Source: a virus
Taxonomy: Duplodnaviria > Caudoviricetes
DNA length: 64,000 nucleotides
Virus record (IMG/VR): IMGVR_UViG_2767802241_000002
Coordinates: 1-64,000 of that record
Direction: 5' to 3' (one strand)
Position numbers and translations under genes: made by a program. The number at the start of each line of letters is the position of its first letter. The first letter of the stretch is position 1. Below the pieces are notes generated by a model, which saw only the letters and a list, made by a program, of their open reading frames with translations, searched no databases and was not told the origin of the DNA. Below, piece after piece: positions 47,601-57,396 of this stretch.

Positions 47601-48528
47601 CAGGCTGGATGCATCGCAGAATGTATTTGATTCACAGATGGTAGCTGTTGATAACGGCGAACAAGGTGCATTACAACGCATTCAAGATCAATTGAATCAA
47701 GAGCTCATTACTCAGCAAGAGTTTGAGGACCAGAAGACATTGATTTTACAGACGGCGCTGCAAACACGGCAAGCTATCTATGATGAGCACGTGGCTAGAC
47801 AGGCTGAGGTTGAAAAAGCATATCAAAAGGATTCGCTCAATCTTCAATTAACGCAGGCGCAGGAAACACTTGGTACTTGGGCTGGTTTGTTTGGCGATAT
47901 GATGGGGGAGCAGTCTACCGCATACAAAGCTATGTTTGCTTTAGAGAAAGGTTTTGCTGTTGCTAAGGCAATGATGGCTATCCCTGAATCTTATTCAAAA
48001 GCATACAATGCTGTAGTTGGTATCCCTTATGTTGGTCCATACATGGCGCCAGTTATGGGGGCTGCGGCTGCGGCAGCTCAGGTTGCACAAGCTGCAAGCA
48101 TCAAGAAAACCAATTTATCTGGCTTCTCATCCGGTGGATTCACTGGCTACGGCGGTAAATACGATCCTGCGGGTATCGTCCATCGCGGTGAAGTGGTCTG
48201 GTCGCAGGATGACATTAAGCGATGGGGTGGCGTCAGCAATGTCGAGTCTATGCGAACAAGCAACCCAAACCGCGAGATTCAGCAATCCAAGGCTATTCGA
48301 GAAAATCAGTCTGCGAGTAGCACGACCGTACAACCTAAAATCATCATCAATACACCACCTGGCACCTATGCTGAAACCAGTACAGGAGCTGACGGCGCGA
48401 TAACGATTGATGTTGTACGGCGTGAGGCGCGAGATGCTGTTAAGCAGTCATGGGATCGGGTCGGGCAATCCAATTCGCATGAGTCTAAGCAAGTTCGTCA
48501 AAACTTCGATGTAAAACCTCGCCGTTAA
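44683..48528 (+). CDS. Tape measure protein
   Basis: 1281 aa, Ala-rich, tape-measure N-domain, C-terminal GGFTG.GGKYDPAGIVHRGE. Confidence 0.95.
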   Translation: MAEQVSGLLIRIDAVEAKKEALKLNQQLVNMTTYGDRAGKSAENLGGSLRTASSAAKELLKYTATLITIDKAVSMADGYVQMAAQIRNATTSAAEYDKVQKHLLETANTTYRSLKEAQQVYLDVGGSLKAYGYTTEQALRITDSLSFSFTHNATAADKAATATNAFMASVYSGQATGEQFRSILSAIPSIVDDLSTSMEKSKDIILTMGNAGQITREQLTRAFDESREKSEQLANNMENSLADGLTALSNSLTVFLGNINQSTGATNSAAAALGILGENIDKVAILGGVAASIYAGRLAAAFVVSAQKAAWNTAALITQTGAMIGAKTAANNLYLALGGPVGLTVAVVGAAASIYSLRDAAKETTPVLEKQAKEVKDLVAEYDKLDEAQKRQALREQIADVQELSEAHKKQYLALTGLGRVVINNTDLTLKDRDAAKSLYDQYINGKISAEQFASGLNKLNSVNKDLKESIDKQANATSLANKAYEKAIQLRDLFLGRSKDTVNSHDNETAALQRKKKALDDLNQSSEQQNAKNELWLRNVKAAGGGQKGLDWGNFMESWRSRNNIASDTHLSDEQLKIAYKEYNLEQARKKVQDDITKSIQAQNSELNKQAKLTKNLGNGLVSNSHLKGLPIKSRESIAGGSVRGYTAEFAQILGKELKSSINTFTGFNDKFHKGKGGRHPQGQAFDIRLNGGSDSAKVNAQIKALADKYGYVVKTLDEYKNPSKHATGGHMHVSVTGRKKGQAGAVADLDIYDEIQRREDAQANQRIQLALAVADEKTRIEARLQEDIKEISQAGFSPEETAKLIAQYRERADAEIALAEYALQTKLDDYKDFQRSESELLEKSFMQKKFYAANDIELSKEERQKAVSLLDEQLKREQALLEMAKEQRLFQIRSQFMSEAQAMQERYRLEEAELVNINDLQERNFQRAMIRLKQEEETRKRMNDAAMAWDQVQAQMRNSSGMMQVEQDRFSRLDASQNVFDSQMVAVDNGEQGALQRIQDQLNQELITQQEFEDQKTLILQTALQTRQAIYDEHVARQAEVEKAYQKDSLNLQLTQAQETLGTWAGLFGDMMGEQSTAYKAMFALEKGFAVAKAMMAIPESYSKAYNAVVGIPYVGPYMAPVMGAAAAAAQVAQAASIKKTNLSGFSSGGFTGYGGKYDPAGIVHRGEVVWSQDDIKRWGGVSNVESMRTSNPNREIQQSKAIRENQSASSTTVQPKIIINTPPGTYAETSTGADGAITIDVVRREARDAVKQSWDRVGQSNSHESKQVRQNFDVKPRR

Positions 48529-48609
48529 ATTTTATGAAGATTAGCCACTTAGGTGGCTTTTTTCTTACTATGTTGATATTTTACATGCACTAAATACAGG
48601 TGATTAAAA

Positions 48610-49053
48610 ATGAAAAATATCTTTTTATTTGGGGTTTTAGGGTTGGCTTTAGTTGGATGTACAAGCATTCAGGTTAACAATACAAGTGGTTTTAACCCAA
48701 CCTCTATACAGCAAGTTTGTATTGTTGATAACCCTAAAGTAATTATTAAAGACTTCAATTACTTGACAGAAAAAAGTTTCGGTCGCTACAACATTCAAGC
48801 AAGAACAATTAAAGATACTGATGATCAGAGCCAATGCCAAACCATCTTACATTACACAGCTCTTAGAAGCTGGGATCTTGCACCATACATGGTTTCGGCT
48901 CAATTTAATCTCATTCAGGATGGGCGCCAAGTATCTGAAGCCTCATTTAGATTAAAGGGGAATGGAGGGTTAGCACTTAATAAATGGCGTAGTACAGAAA
49001 CCAAGATCAATGAATTGGTTGACCAGTTACTTGGAAAAACGGAACCAAAATAA
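48610..49053 (+). CDS. Moron lipoprotein
   Basis: Lipobox LVGC; flanked by terminators. Confidence 0.82.
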   Translation: MKNIFLFGVLGLALVGCTSIQVNNTSGFNPTSIQQVCIVDNPKVIIKDFNYLTEKSFGRYNIQARTIKDTDDQSQCQTILHYTALRSWDLAPYMVSAQFNLIQDGRQVSEASFRLKGNGGLALNKWRSTETKINELVDQLLGKTEPK

Positions 49054-49172
49054 AAATCTTTAATTCGTAGAAGCCTCACACCAGTGGGGCTTTTTAATAC
49101 CCAAAGAAAAACCCCGATGCGGCAAACATCGGGGTTTTTTGTATCTACCCAGAGGAGGATAAACAAGAATCT

Positions 49173-49346
49173 ATGAATAAATATTCTAACATCAAACCCA
49201 ATATTAGCATAGAGGGAAAAATGAGCAGTAAAGATGCAGGAAAAGTTGCAATCATTATGGCTTGGGGAAAGTCTATATCATTGGTGATAGGTAGTTTTGC
49301 AGGATCGATCATTGCAATAACTGGACTATTTAAATATATGGCTTAA
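49173..49346 (+). CDS. Small single-TM protein, 57 aa or 41 aa from ATG 49221 (not in ORF track)
   Basis: ...MSSKDAGKVAIIMAWGKSISLVIGSFAGSIIAITGLFKYMA; purine-rich RBSs; terminator after. Confidence 0.6.
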   Translation: MNKYSNIKPNISIEGKMSSKDAGKVAIIMAWGKSISLVIGSFAGSIIAITGLFKYMA

Positions 49347-49417
49347 ATCATGAAAATTAATATCTAAACCGACCCACTACGAGGTCGGTTTTTTAATACC
49401 CACAATTCGGTGATTCT

Positions 49418-49897
49418 ATGAATATTTTACTTAAATGCGTTAAACAGTCTGGATATTCGTTGCGTCATCCGAGTGGTGTTATCGCGCAGCAATTAGACGG
49501 CGGTGCACCACGTATGCGCCGTATTGCACGAAATAATTGGCGTACGGTCAATGTAAGCTGGACTGTTAGAGCATCGGGCTATCAATACTTGTGCGCATTT
49601 CATGAAGTGTGGTGTGAAAACCCAAGCCAGCCATTTTATGCCAATTTGATTGTCGATGGTCCTGAATATAAAGCTTACACATGCCATTTTGTACCCGATT
49701 CATTTGGTTTGGACAGCAAAGAAGGACCTATCTTCAATGTGTCAGCGCAGTTCATCGTTAAGCCGATTGTTGATCGTGATTTGAATCAAGTGATTGTGGA
49801 AGCTGGCAATGAGGGAGTGGATATTAATGACATTCTTAATCCGCTTGACCATCTTGTAAACGTGGCATTACCAAACGCATTAAGGAATATTAAATGA
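49418..49897 (+). CDS. Minor tail protein (distal tail-like)
   Basis: Synteny; LDGG..R motif. Confidence 0.75.
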   Translation: MNILLKCVKQSGYSLRHPSGVIAQQLDGGAPRMRRIARNNWRTVNVSWTVRASGYQYLCAFHEVWCENPSQPFYANLIVDGPEYKAYTCHFVPDSFGLDSKEGPIFNVSAQFIVKPIVDRDLNQVIVEAGNEGVDINDILNPLDHLVNVALPNALRNIK

Positions 49898-50379
49898 GTG
49901 AATACACATCATTTTATCTGAATGCACCTGGTACTGTTGCTGAAGTAAATTGCATTGAGATTAAGCACCCAACGTTCAGCTTTTTTTTGCAGTCATACGA
50001 TGAAGATACATTCGCTGTAACGCATGAGAATGGTCAGCGTCAGTTCTACGTTTATTTGCCGATGCAGATTGATCGATCCAACGTCAATAACGATCTAGAG
50101 CAAGTTGTAAAAATGACGATCAATGATTTTGATGATCGATTAATTGAAGCATATAACAATATTCAAGATAAGCGCCCAGTTGAGTTTAGACAACGTATTT
50201 ACCGCGATAACAATCTTGATTCTCCGATGATTGTGCTACAAACCCTGCATGTGACGAGTATGTCTAAAGACAGCAAAGGTAATGTGACGTTTGAAGCGAA
50301 AGCGCCTGAACTGAATAGTGTTAGGACTGGTGATACATATACGTTTGAGCGTTTTCCAATGCTGAGATACACAATATGA
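49894..50379 (+). CDS. Minor tail protein (DUF1833-like)
   Basis: EI.HP N-terminus, Y..ERFP.L C-terminus. Confidence 0.75.
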   Translation: MSEYTSFYLNAPGTVAEVNCIEIKHPTFSFFLQSYDEDTFAVTHENGQRQFYVYLPMQIDRSNVNNDLEQVVKMTINDFDDRLIEAYNNIQDKRPVEFRQRIYRDNNLDSPMIVLQTLHVTSMSKDSKGNVTFEAKAPELNSVRTGDTYTFERFPMLRYTI

Positions 50380-50684
50380 TTGAGCAGCTATTAAATCGTG
50401 AACGGCGCGCTGATTATGATTGCCAAGATTTTGTAAATGAAGCGTGGGAGCTGATCACTGGTGAGGATCTAGCTCAACGATTACTAGACCATCAAAATCA
50501 TCGTAAATTGCTTGAACGACTAGATGAACCAGTCTCGCCGTGTCTAGTTTATTTCTCTAGTGCCCGATATGAAAACCATGTCGGGCTTTTTTATTCCGGC
50601 AAGGTTTTGCATCTGGCGAATGCCGCACAATATGTGCCGCTAGATCTTATTTTCGGCTTTGATCAGTGTGAGTTTTATCGATGA
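50376..50684 (+). CDS. Tail NlpC/P60-like protein
   Basis: YDC..FV and HVGL...VLH. Confidence 0.75.
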   Translation: MIEQLLNRERRADYDCQDFVNEAWELITGEDLAQRLLDHQNHRKLLERLDEPVSPCLVYFSSARYENHVGLFYSGKVLHLANAAQYVPLDLIFGFDQCEFYR

Positions 50685-53542
50685 AAAGAGTTTGTATTAA
50701 AAAAACGACAGTCGATTTAAACGAAGAGTTTATCGAAGTTGAAAACATCACGGAGTATCTGCGAGAGCAGCTTAAACTTGATTACTTTCCAGAAACTGGT
50801 CGCATTTATCACAATGCGATTGCACTTGAAAACGATGTAACGCCGTGTGATGAAGAGTCAGAGAAAAGACTGGAGCGGCTGGAAGGTGACTTCTATGTAG
50901 TTATTGAGGCTGGATATGGTGCTATGGAGATTGCAGTACTGGTTGTGATGGCTATTGTTGCCGCATTCTCTGTCTACACATACATGACAATGCCTAAGCC
51001 GCAAGTTTCGGCGGCACAGTCAGCAAACAACGACATGGCATCGCGGCAGAATCAAATTCGTGTTGGCGGTCGTGTTCCTGAAATATTCGGTACCATACGC
51101 TGCTATCCCGACATGATCGCCGCTTCTTACGTTTTCTACAATGCTGATGACAAAGAAATTGAAGTAAGTCTAATGGTCATCGGTCGTGGCTACTACGATA
51201 TTCATGATTGCCGTGAAGACTCAACTGATGTGCATGACATCCAAGGCTACAAAGTCTCTGTTTACGATCCATTTACCTCAATCATGGGTGATGCAATCTA
51301 CCAAGTCGGTGAAAAATTTGATTACTATCCACCAGTGACGTTGAAATCAAAATCAATCAATGGTCAAACGCTAGAAATGCCGAATGATCAAAAGATTGAA
51401 TCAACAGACATTTACTTTGTTTACCCAAACCTAATCAAAGCTCGCAGCAATCTTCAATTTACCAGCCTTTTTAATGCCAAAGATAATATTGCGATCTACG
51501 GCGCTGAATTTGGCGTTGAAGATGTGCAGTGGTCAGGTACAACGCTGTTTACAACAGATCGCAAGATCATTGTGAATTCTGTGCAAAATGTAGATTCTGT
51601 AGATGATTTTAAAGGTGTGATCTTAAATGGCGCTTTGATTGAAATCATTACAGAGGTGTTGCCTGAGGAAGAGGGTGAGCCGCCAAAATTTATCACCACA
51701 TATAAAGATATTTCAGGGCAATATCGTGTTGCCAATATTTCAAAAGAGAATATGGGCAATACTTTCCGCTACGAAATTACTTTAGCTAATGCACTTGAAG
51801 TCAACTCAAACTGGCGTTTTATCACAAAAAATGAAACGGCAATTGCTGGTGTCAAGTTGACCAATAATAAGTTGGCGATCAATTTAAGTGGTTCTTATCA
51901 GATTGATAGTGTCACAGATGATCGGATTATCTTAAAAGATCCTGACCAGGTGAACGGTGGTTGGCTTCAACTTCTATCGCTACCAAATCACTCAACAGTC
52001 GACCAGCTCAAATCTATTCGACTTGATCTCTTAGATAGCGTCTGGGTTGGCTGGCACAACTTAGAAATGCCGGAAACCGAGGAAATTGTTTTTAACTTTT
52101 TCTTTCAAAACGGCTTGTTTTATCAGGATAGTAAAGGTGGTGTTTGGGCTGAATGGATGGATGTATTGATTGAATATCAGTATATCAATGATGCAAATCA
52201 GCCGATCGGTGAAGTCTTTCAAGAGACAAGACATATAAATAAAAAGTCTAAATCACCGTTCGGTACTACTGTTCGCATTGAATTGCCTTACAACGACTCG
52301 GTGCGTTTCCGTTTAGCGCGAACAACACCAACGAAGAATGATAAATCTCAGGATTTGTGCAAGATCAAAGATGTTTATGCGGTCGCAAAAAGCACGAAAG
52401 TTAACTATGGCGATGTCACTGTATTGCGGCTAGAAAGTTCTGGGACCGATGGGGCGTTATCTCTTAAAGAGAAAAAGCTCAATCTTTTAGTGACTCGGAA
52501 GCTGCCAGTCGATGGTACCGGTCCGTTAGTACCGACGCGTGATGCTGGGCAAGCGCTGATTAATCTTGCACTTGATGGTAAGAATGGTCGGCGCTCAATC
52601 AGTGAAGTTGATATTCAGCAAATTAAATCAGAGATTCAAGCGGTAAAAAGCTACTTTGGTTCTGAAAAGGCTGCTGAGTTTTGCTACACGATTGATGATG
52701 CCAATCTGTCATTTGAAGAAATTGCAGGGATGATTGCAAGCGCCGTGTTCTGTGAGCCGTATCGCTTTGGTTCTAAGCTCAGATTGAAATTTGAAAAGCC
52801 GCAAGAAATTGCAGTTTTGCTTTTTAATCATCGCAATAAGGTGCCGCAGTCTGAGACTCGCACAAGGACGCAACAGATCGAGAAAGATTATGACGGTCTA
52901 GAGCTTGAATACACCGATCCAAGTGATGACGCTCGTATCAAGTATTACATTTGGTATGACATCAACACAGATCAAGCGTATGAGGGTGAGGGTGCACGCA
53001 ATCCGATGACCATCAAGACCACAGGTATCCGTAATCATGAGCAAGCTAAAACGCGAGCTTGGCGTGAGTGGAATAAGCTGCAGTATCGCCGTGTGACAAC
53101 AAAGTTTGAAGCGCTTGACGAGTCAAATCTACTTGCTAGAAATGACAAGATTCTAGTTGCTGATAACTGTAGTTTGCGGACGCAAGATGGTGGAGTGGAT
53201 GCAGTCAATGGTCTTGTTTTACTGCTTTCTCAAGATGTTGAGATGCAAGATAACGCATCATACAAGATCTGTTTGCAGTTGAGTGATGGCACTGTAGATA
53301 TTGTGCCTTGCTCCAAGCATGCGCCGTATCAAGTCGTACTATCTCGACCGCCTCGGTTGCCGCTTGTCGTTGATGATGATCGATATGCCAAGACGACGTA
53401 TCAGATAGTCAGCTCGCTTGGTGATGGTAATACAAACGCATTCATGTTGACAGAGATGGATCTAGCAAGTCGCATGACAAACAACATCACAGCAATCAAC
53501 TACGATGATCGATACTACAAAGATGATCACCGTTTTTTCTAA
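50681..53542 (+). CDS. Tail tip / host-specificity protein (gpJ-like)
   Basis: 953 aa; RVPEIFG....YPD; terminal AINYD.RYY. Confidence 0.88.
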   Translation: MKRVCIKKTTVDLNEEFIEVENITEYLREQLKLDYFPETGRIYHNAIALENDVTPCDEESEKRLERLEGDFYVVIEAGYGAMEIAVLVVMAIVAAFSVYTYMTMPKPQVSAAQSANNDMASRQNQIRVGGRVPEIFGTIRCYPDMIAASYVFYNADDKEIEVSLMVIGRGYYDIHDCREDSTDVHDIQGYKVSVYDPFTSIMGDAIYQVGEKFDYYPPVTLKSKSINGQTLEMPNDQKIESTDIYFVYPNLIKARSNLQFTSLFNAKDNIAIYGAEFGVEDVQWSGTTLFTTDRKIIVNSVQNVDSVDDFKGVILNGALIEIITEVLPEEEGEPPKFITTYKDISGQYRVANISKENMGNTFRYEITLANALEVNSNWRFITKNETAIAGVKLTNNKLAINLSGSYQIDSVTDDRIILKDPDQVNGGWLQLLSLPNHSTVDQLKSIRLDLLDSVWVGWHNLEMPETEEIVFNFFFQNGLFYQDSKGGVWAEWMDVLIEYQYINDANQPIGEVFQETRHINKKSKSPFGTTVRIELPYNDSVRFRLARTTPTKNDKSQDLCKIKDVYAVAKSTKVNYGDVTVLRLESSGTDGALSLKEKKLNLLVTRKLPVDGTGPLVPTRDAGQALINLALDGKNGRRSISEVDIQQIKSEIQAVKSYFGSEKAAEFCYTIDDANLSFEEIAGMIASAVFCEPYRFGSKLRLKFEKPQEIAVLLFNHRNKVPQSETRTRTQQIEKDYDGLELEYTDPSDDARIKYYIWYDINTDQAYEGEGARNPMTIKTTGIRNHEQAKTRAWREWNKLQYRRVTTKFEALDESNLLARNDKILVADNCSLRTQDGGVDAVNGLVLLLSQDVEMQDNASYKICLQLSDGTVDIVPCSKHAPYQVVLSRPPRLPLVVDDDRYAKTTYQIVSSLGDGNTNAFMLTEMDLASRMTNNITAINYDDRYYKDDHRFF

Positions 53543-53600
53543 TTAATTGAAATCCATAAGCCGCCGAAAGGCGGTTTTTTATTGCCAGGGGAAAAGTAAG

Positions 53601-55964
53601 ATGGCAGATAAAATTGTAACTGTGCAAAAGCTGCAAGATGCTGATAAAGACTGTGATTCGCTTGATGACGTGATTAGTGGTGGAGAGTACGACACGGTAA
53701 AAACGCGCCGTGGTAAAGAGTACCCGACAATGCCTAATGCGATTCGCCAATTGATGGAAAACGGTGGGTTTAAGCCATTTGCGACAGAATCTGAATTGCT
53801 TGCTTATGTTCCGGCGATCAACCCGAGCGCTGCCAAAGCTTTGGACACTAAAAAGATTTGGCTATGGGACGGCACGCGCTGGAACGACACGGGTTTGAGT
53901 GAGTTGGATCAGGCGAATGATTTCACTAGAAGCTTAGGGGCATTGAGACTCAACCAAGGCAATAAAACGCCTTTCAAGTTTTTGCCACGTAATAACATTA
54001 ATACCGAAGTTGATCTAGATAACACATCATCTGCATGGGTAATGAGCAAAGTATTAAAAGTTGAAGTACAAAATGCTAGAGCTAATAAATACTATCGCAT
54101 TGCAACAGCATACACAGCAACTGATACAACTTATCCATGCCGTTGGATTATCGAAGAGTGTGATGTTTTGGATTTTGATAAAAAAGACACATCAACGCGA
54201 ATTATCACTAATACTCATGCACAGCCAATTTGGAAAAATAATACTGATATTCAGACTATTGTTTTAACGCCAACAGCTGCAGCATATAACGATATACGCA
54301 TCATCGTAACAATTGACACTAATATTGCTACCGGAACTTTTAGAGCAATCAATCCAACCCAAACTGCTTATGCATTAATCATCGACCCTGCATTTTACAT
54401 ATATAAGACATCAACATCAGAAGCCGAGGTCAATACTATTGTGACCAATGAGAATATTAAGTTAAATTCATTGGAGTTAAATCGCGGCAAGAACATTCCT
54501 TTGTTACAAAAGAAGCGAAACAATATTAGTTCAGAGCCATCAGCAGGGTTAAATAATATCTTACTTGGTGTAAAAGTAATTAATGCTCAAGAGGGTTTTT
54601 TCTATCGCATCGCCTATTTCGTGAATGGTAGTACAGCTTTATCGGGATCTCACCCAGAAGGTTGGCGTATTGAGAAAATTGCAAAAGATAATTATGAGAA
54701 TCAAGATAATGCAGTTTCATTGATTATTACGAATACGGATGTACCAACTCAAATTTTAGATCGTGTTGCAAAAGGGATTCAAAAGATTACTTTAAAATCT
54801 CCACGCAGTAGTGAAATTATAGATTTAACAATTGATGTTGATCGGCTGCCAAATTACGGTTCATTTATGCGTTATAACTTGCCTACAGACCCTTCCTATT
54901 CATTTGTAATACATCCCATTTATTACGATTTTGCAGAGGATGAAATTGTTATTCCGAGTATCTCTGGTATTGGTTATAGCTATAACACTACTCGAAAACG
55001 ATTAACACTTACATGGCAAAATGGAAAAACATTATATAGCCAAGTGTTTGGAATAAACGGGTTTAATGATCTGCCTAATTTTACATCTTTATCGAAAAAG
55101 GGAATTAATGACACTGAGTGGGTTTTGATTCAGAGTTATGCATCCGATGTATTACCCCCACTGATTATTGATGCTGTTGATAATCCTACTGCACCCGATC
55201 TTCCATCTATCTACACAGGTGGAAATCACGGGACAAGTGGTAGTGCTGGCGGATTTAAAACTGCGATAAACGACAACTATCAAATCATACTAGGTGGTAA
55301 TGCTATTGATATGTCTAAAAATCAAAGCGGAATAACTGATTCTGTAAAGATAAATATTTCTAATCGTCTACATGCTTGCAATACGATTCAAGTAGATAAT
55401 ACACCTGGCCGCTACGTGATACAGCAGAATTTCATGATCGATTTTAAGGATGGCTCTTGGTGTGTTACTTGTTTTAATAAAAAGTTAGAAGATGTAAATG
55501 TCCGAGGAGATAATGGTCTACAGACCTTTAGCCAAGGCTTGCAAGAAAGTTGGTTATTTTTAGATGGACAGTATGCACATAGAGTACCTTTTGACCCAAC
55601 TCAAGACTCAGGGATTTATAAAGATTATCCTAATTGTTGGGCAATGGTTTTACAGGGAAATAATACTCAATGGGTATCATGGTATGACAAAACAGTTGGG
55701 TTAGGGGATGGTTCACAGATCAGCAATAATGCTAAGCGGTTTAGAGGAGGTGGTTCTAGTAATACTAAGATTTATGCTGCTGCAATTTCTGCAAAGCCAC
55801 TGCTTATGACAACGGTTGATAGTTACTCATGGCGAATGGGCTTTTCTATTCAAAGCACCGAAATACCTAAGCCACTTAATACAGATAGCTCTTTTATCTG
55901 GAATAGGCTTGGTAAAACTGCCAATGTATTAGTCTATGATGCATCAACATATTTTATGGAATAG
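53601..55964 (+). CDS. Tail fibre / receptor-binding protein
   Basis: Anchor-type N-terminus (V.TR.G..YP), AT-rich variable C-terminus, last tail gene. Confidence 0.82.
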   Translation: MADKIVTVQKLQDADKDCDSLDDVISGGEYDTVKTRRGKEYPTMPNAIRQLMENGGFKPFATESELLAYVPAINPSAAKALDTKKIWLWDGTRWNDTGLSELDQANDFTRSLGALRLNQGNKTPFKFLPRNNINTEVDLDNTSSAWVMSKVLKVEVQNARANKYYRIATAYTATDTTYPCRWIIEECDVLDFDKKDTSTRIITNTHAQPIWKNNTDIQTIVLTPTAAAYNDIRIIVTIDTNIATGTFRAINPTQTAYALIIDPAFYIYKTSTSEAEVNTIVTNENIKLNSLELNRGKNIPLLQKKRNNISSEPSAGLNNILLGVKVINAQEGFFYRIAYFVNGSTALSGSHPEGWRIEKIAKDNYENQDNAVSLIITNTDVPTQILDRVAKGIQKITLKSPRSSEIIDLTIDVDRLPNYGSFMRYNLPTDPSYSFVIHPIYYDFAEDEIVIPSISGIGYSYNTTRKRLTLTWQNGKTLYSQVFGINGFNDLPNFTSLSKKGINDTEWVLIQSYASDVLPPLIIDAVDNPTAPDLPSIYTGGNHGTSGSAGGFKTAINDNYQIILGGNAIDMSKNQSGITDSVKINISNRLHACNTIQVDNTPGRYVIQQNFMIDFKDGSWCVTCFNKKLEDVNVRGDNGLQTFSQGLQESWLFLDGQYAHRVPFDPTQDSGIYKDYPNCWAMVLQGNNTQWVSWYDKTVGLGDGSQISNNAKRFRGGGSSNTKIYAAAISAKPLLMTTVDSYSWRMGFSIQSTEIPKPLNTDSSFIWNRLGKTANVLVYDASTYFME

Positions 55965-56019
55965 CAGACTCATTGTGCCGCGAAAGCGGTTTTTTTACAC
56001 CCAAAATTCAGGAAAACCA

Positions 56020-56397
56020 ATGGAACCAGTGTCCACAGGCAGCTTGACTGCCTTTTTAAAATTCTACGGCGCAGCAATCGCCGTGACCTTGGCAATCGCG
56101 CTTGTGGCTACGGTTGTTATCATGATGCGCTTTCCTCGCTCACCACAAGAATGGGCAGTCGGCTTAATTTGCACAGTGGTATCAAGCCTAGCTGGTGGCT
56201 CATTCATCATCGTTAAATATGGTCTGCATGAATGGGTCACTGATATCTGGGGAATGATTGCCCTTGGGGGTTTTTTTTTCGTCTGCGGTTTACCAGGATG
56301 GGCAATTGTGCGCTGGACCTTTAACTTCATAAATCGACAAGAGGGGAAAACGATTGTTGAGGTAGTGAAAGAACTCAAGAAGATGAAAGATGAATAA
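56020..56397 (+). CDS. Holin
   Basis: Three TM segments, charged C-terminus, precedes endolysin. Confidence 0.82.
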   Translation: MEPVSTGSLTAFLKFYGAAIAVTLAIALVATVVIMMRFPRSPQEWAVGLICTVVSSLAGGSFIIVKYGLHEWVTDIWGMIALGGFFFVCGLPGWAIVRWTFNFINRQEGKTIVEVVKELKKMKDE

Positions 56398-56449
56398 TTT
56401 AAATAAATTTAAGCCGCCGAAAGGCGGTTTTTAATTAGGGATAAGTGAA

Positions 56450-57034
56450 ATGAAAAAACTCACACAACAGCAAATCGAAGTACAAGCCACGGCGCTCGGT
56501 GTTTCAGTTGCAGCATTACGCGCCGTGATTGAAGTTGAATGTCGTAATTCGGGCTTTAATTCAGATGGTACACCCGTCATTCTATTTGAGTGTCATGTAT
56601 TTCGGCAGCGATTGATTGCGAATGGCAAAGCTAATATCGCAGCCAAAGCCATGCGTGAACGTCCAGATCTCTGCAATACATCATCTGGCAACTATGGCTT
56701 ATATTCAGCTCAGCATGGACGCTTAAATGTGGCAGCTCAATATCATCGTGATTCAGCATTAGAATCTGCAAGCTGGGGGCTTGGCCAGGTGATGGGCTAT
56801 CATTGGAAATCACTAGGTTACGCTTCACTACAAAGCTTTATCAATGCCATGTATCGCAATGAAGCCTCGCAGCTTGAGACGATGTGTCGCTATATCAAAG
56901 TAAATAATCTTATTAAAGCTTTGCAGAATAAAGATTGGAAAGCCTTCGCACGTGGTTATAACGGTCCAGCATACGCAGCGAATAAATATGATGTAAAACT
57001 TGCTGCAGCATATAAAAAGTGGGGTGGTAAATGA
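56450..57034 (+). CDS. Endolysin, DUF3380 N-acetylmuramidase
   Basis: AV..VE, P.ILFE.H.F, SASWGLGQVMG, FARGYNGP. Confidence 0.92.
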   Translation: MKKLTQQQIEVQATALGVSVAALRAVIEVECRNSGFNSDGTPVILFECHVFRQRLIANGKANIAAKAMRERPDLCNTSSGNYGLYSAQHGRLNVAAQYHRDSALESASWGLGQVMGYHWKSLGYASLQSFINAMYRNEASQLETMCRYIKVNNLIKALQNKDWKAFARGYNGPAYAANKYDVKLAAAYKKWGGK

Positions 57035-57396
57035 ACTGGTACCTACTCTGGAAATACAAACACTGGATCGCAATCGCGGTCCTTTCTTTTATCTGTTTAG
57101 GGCAATTGGCTTATACCAATCATTTGGGTGGTGAGCTGCGTAAAGCTGAGGCAGCGTGCACAGCCAAAATCGACAAGATTCACGCTGACAATGCCAAAGC
57201 TCTAACCGCACAACAAAACAAACTCAATCAAGCGAGTGCCGACTATGAAAAACTCAAATCCGAGCAACGAGTCAAAACAGAAACCGTTACACGTGAAGTG
57301 CAAAAGATCATTGATCGTCCTGTTTATCTCAATCAGTGTTTTGATGATGACGGCGTGTCAGCAATCAACAGTCTTATCGCCGTCGATTCCAGCTAA
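57031..57396 (+). CDS. Inner-membrane spanin (Rz-like)
   Basis: N-terminal TM, coiled coil. Confidence 0.8.
   Translation: MNWYLLWKYKHWIAIAVLSFICLGQLAYTNHLGGELRKAEAACTAKIDKIHADNAKALTAQQNKLNQASADYEKLKSEQRVKTETVTREVQKIIDRPVYLNQCFDDDGVSAINSLIAVDSS

Noticed and set aside
45561-48403. Short alternative-frame and antisense ORFs inside the tape measure gene and other long genes
   Set aside because: No RBS or motif support; expected by chance
53601-55964. Diversity-generating retroelement or invertible tail-fibre cassette
   Set aside because: No reverse transcriptase, invertase, template repeat or flanking inverted repeats seen in the window
27484-56432. Recurrent CCGCCGAAAGGCGG palindromes (27484, 53560, 56412) as REP or MITE elements
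   Set aside because: Each follows a stop codon and has a T-tail: ordinary GAAA-tetraloop terminators
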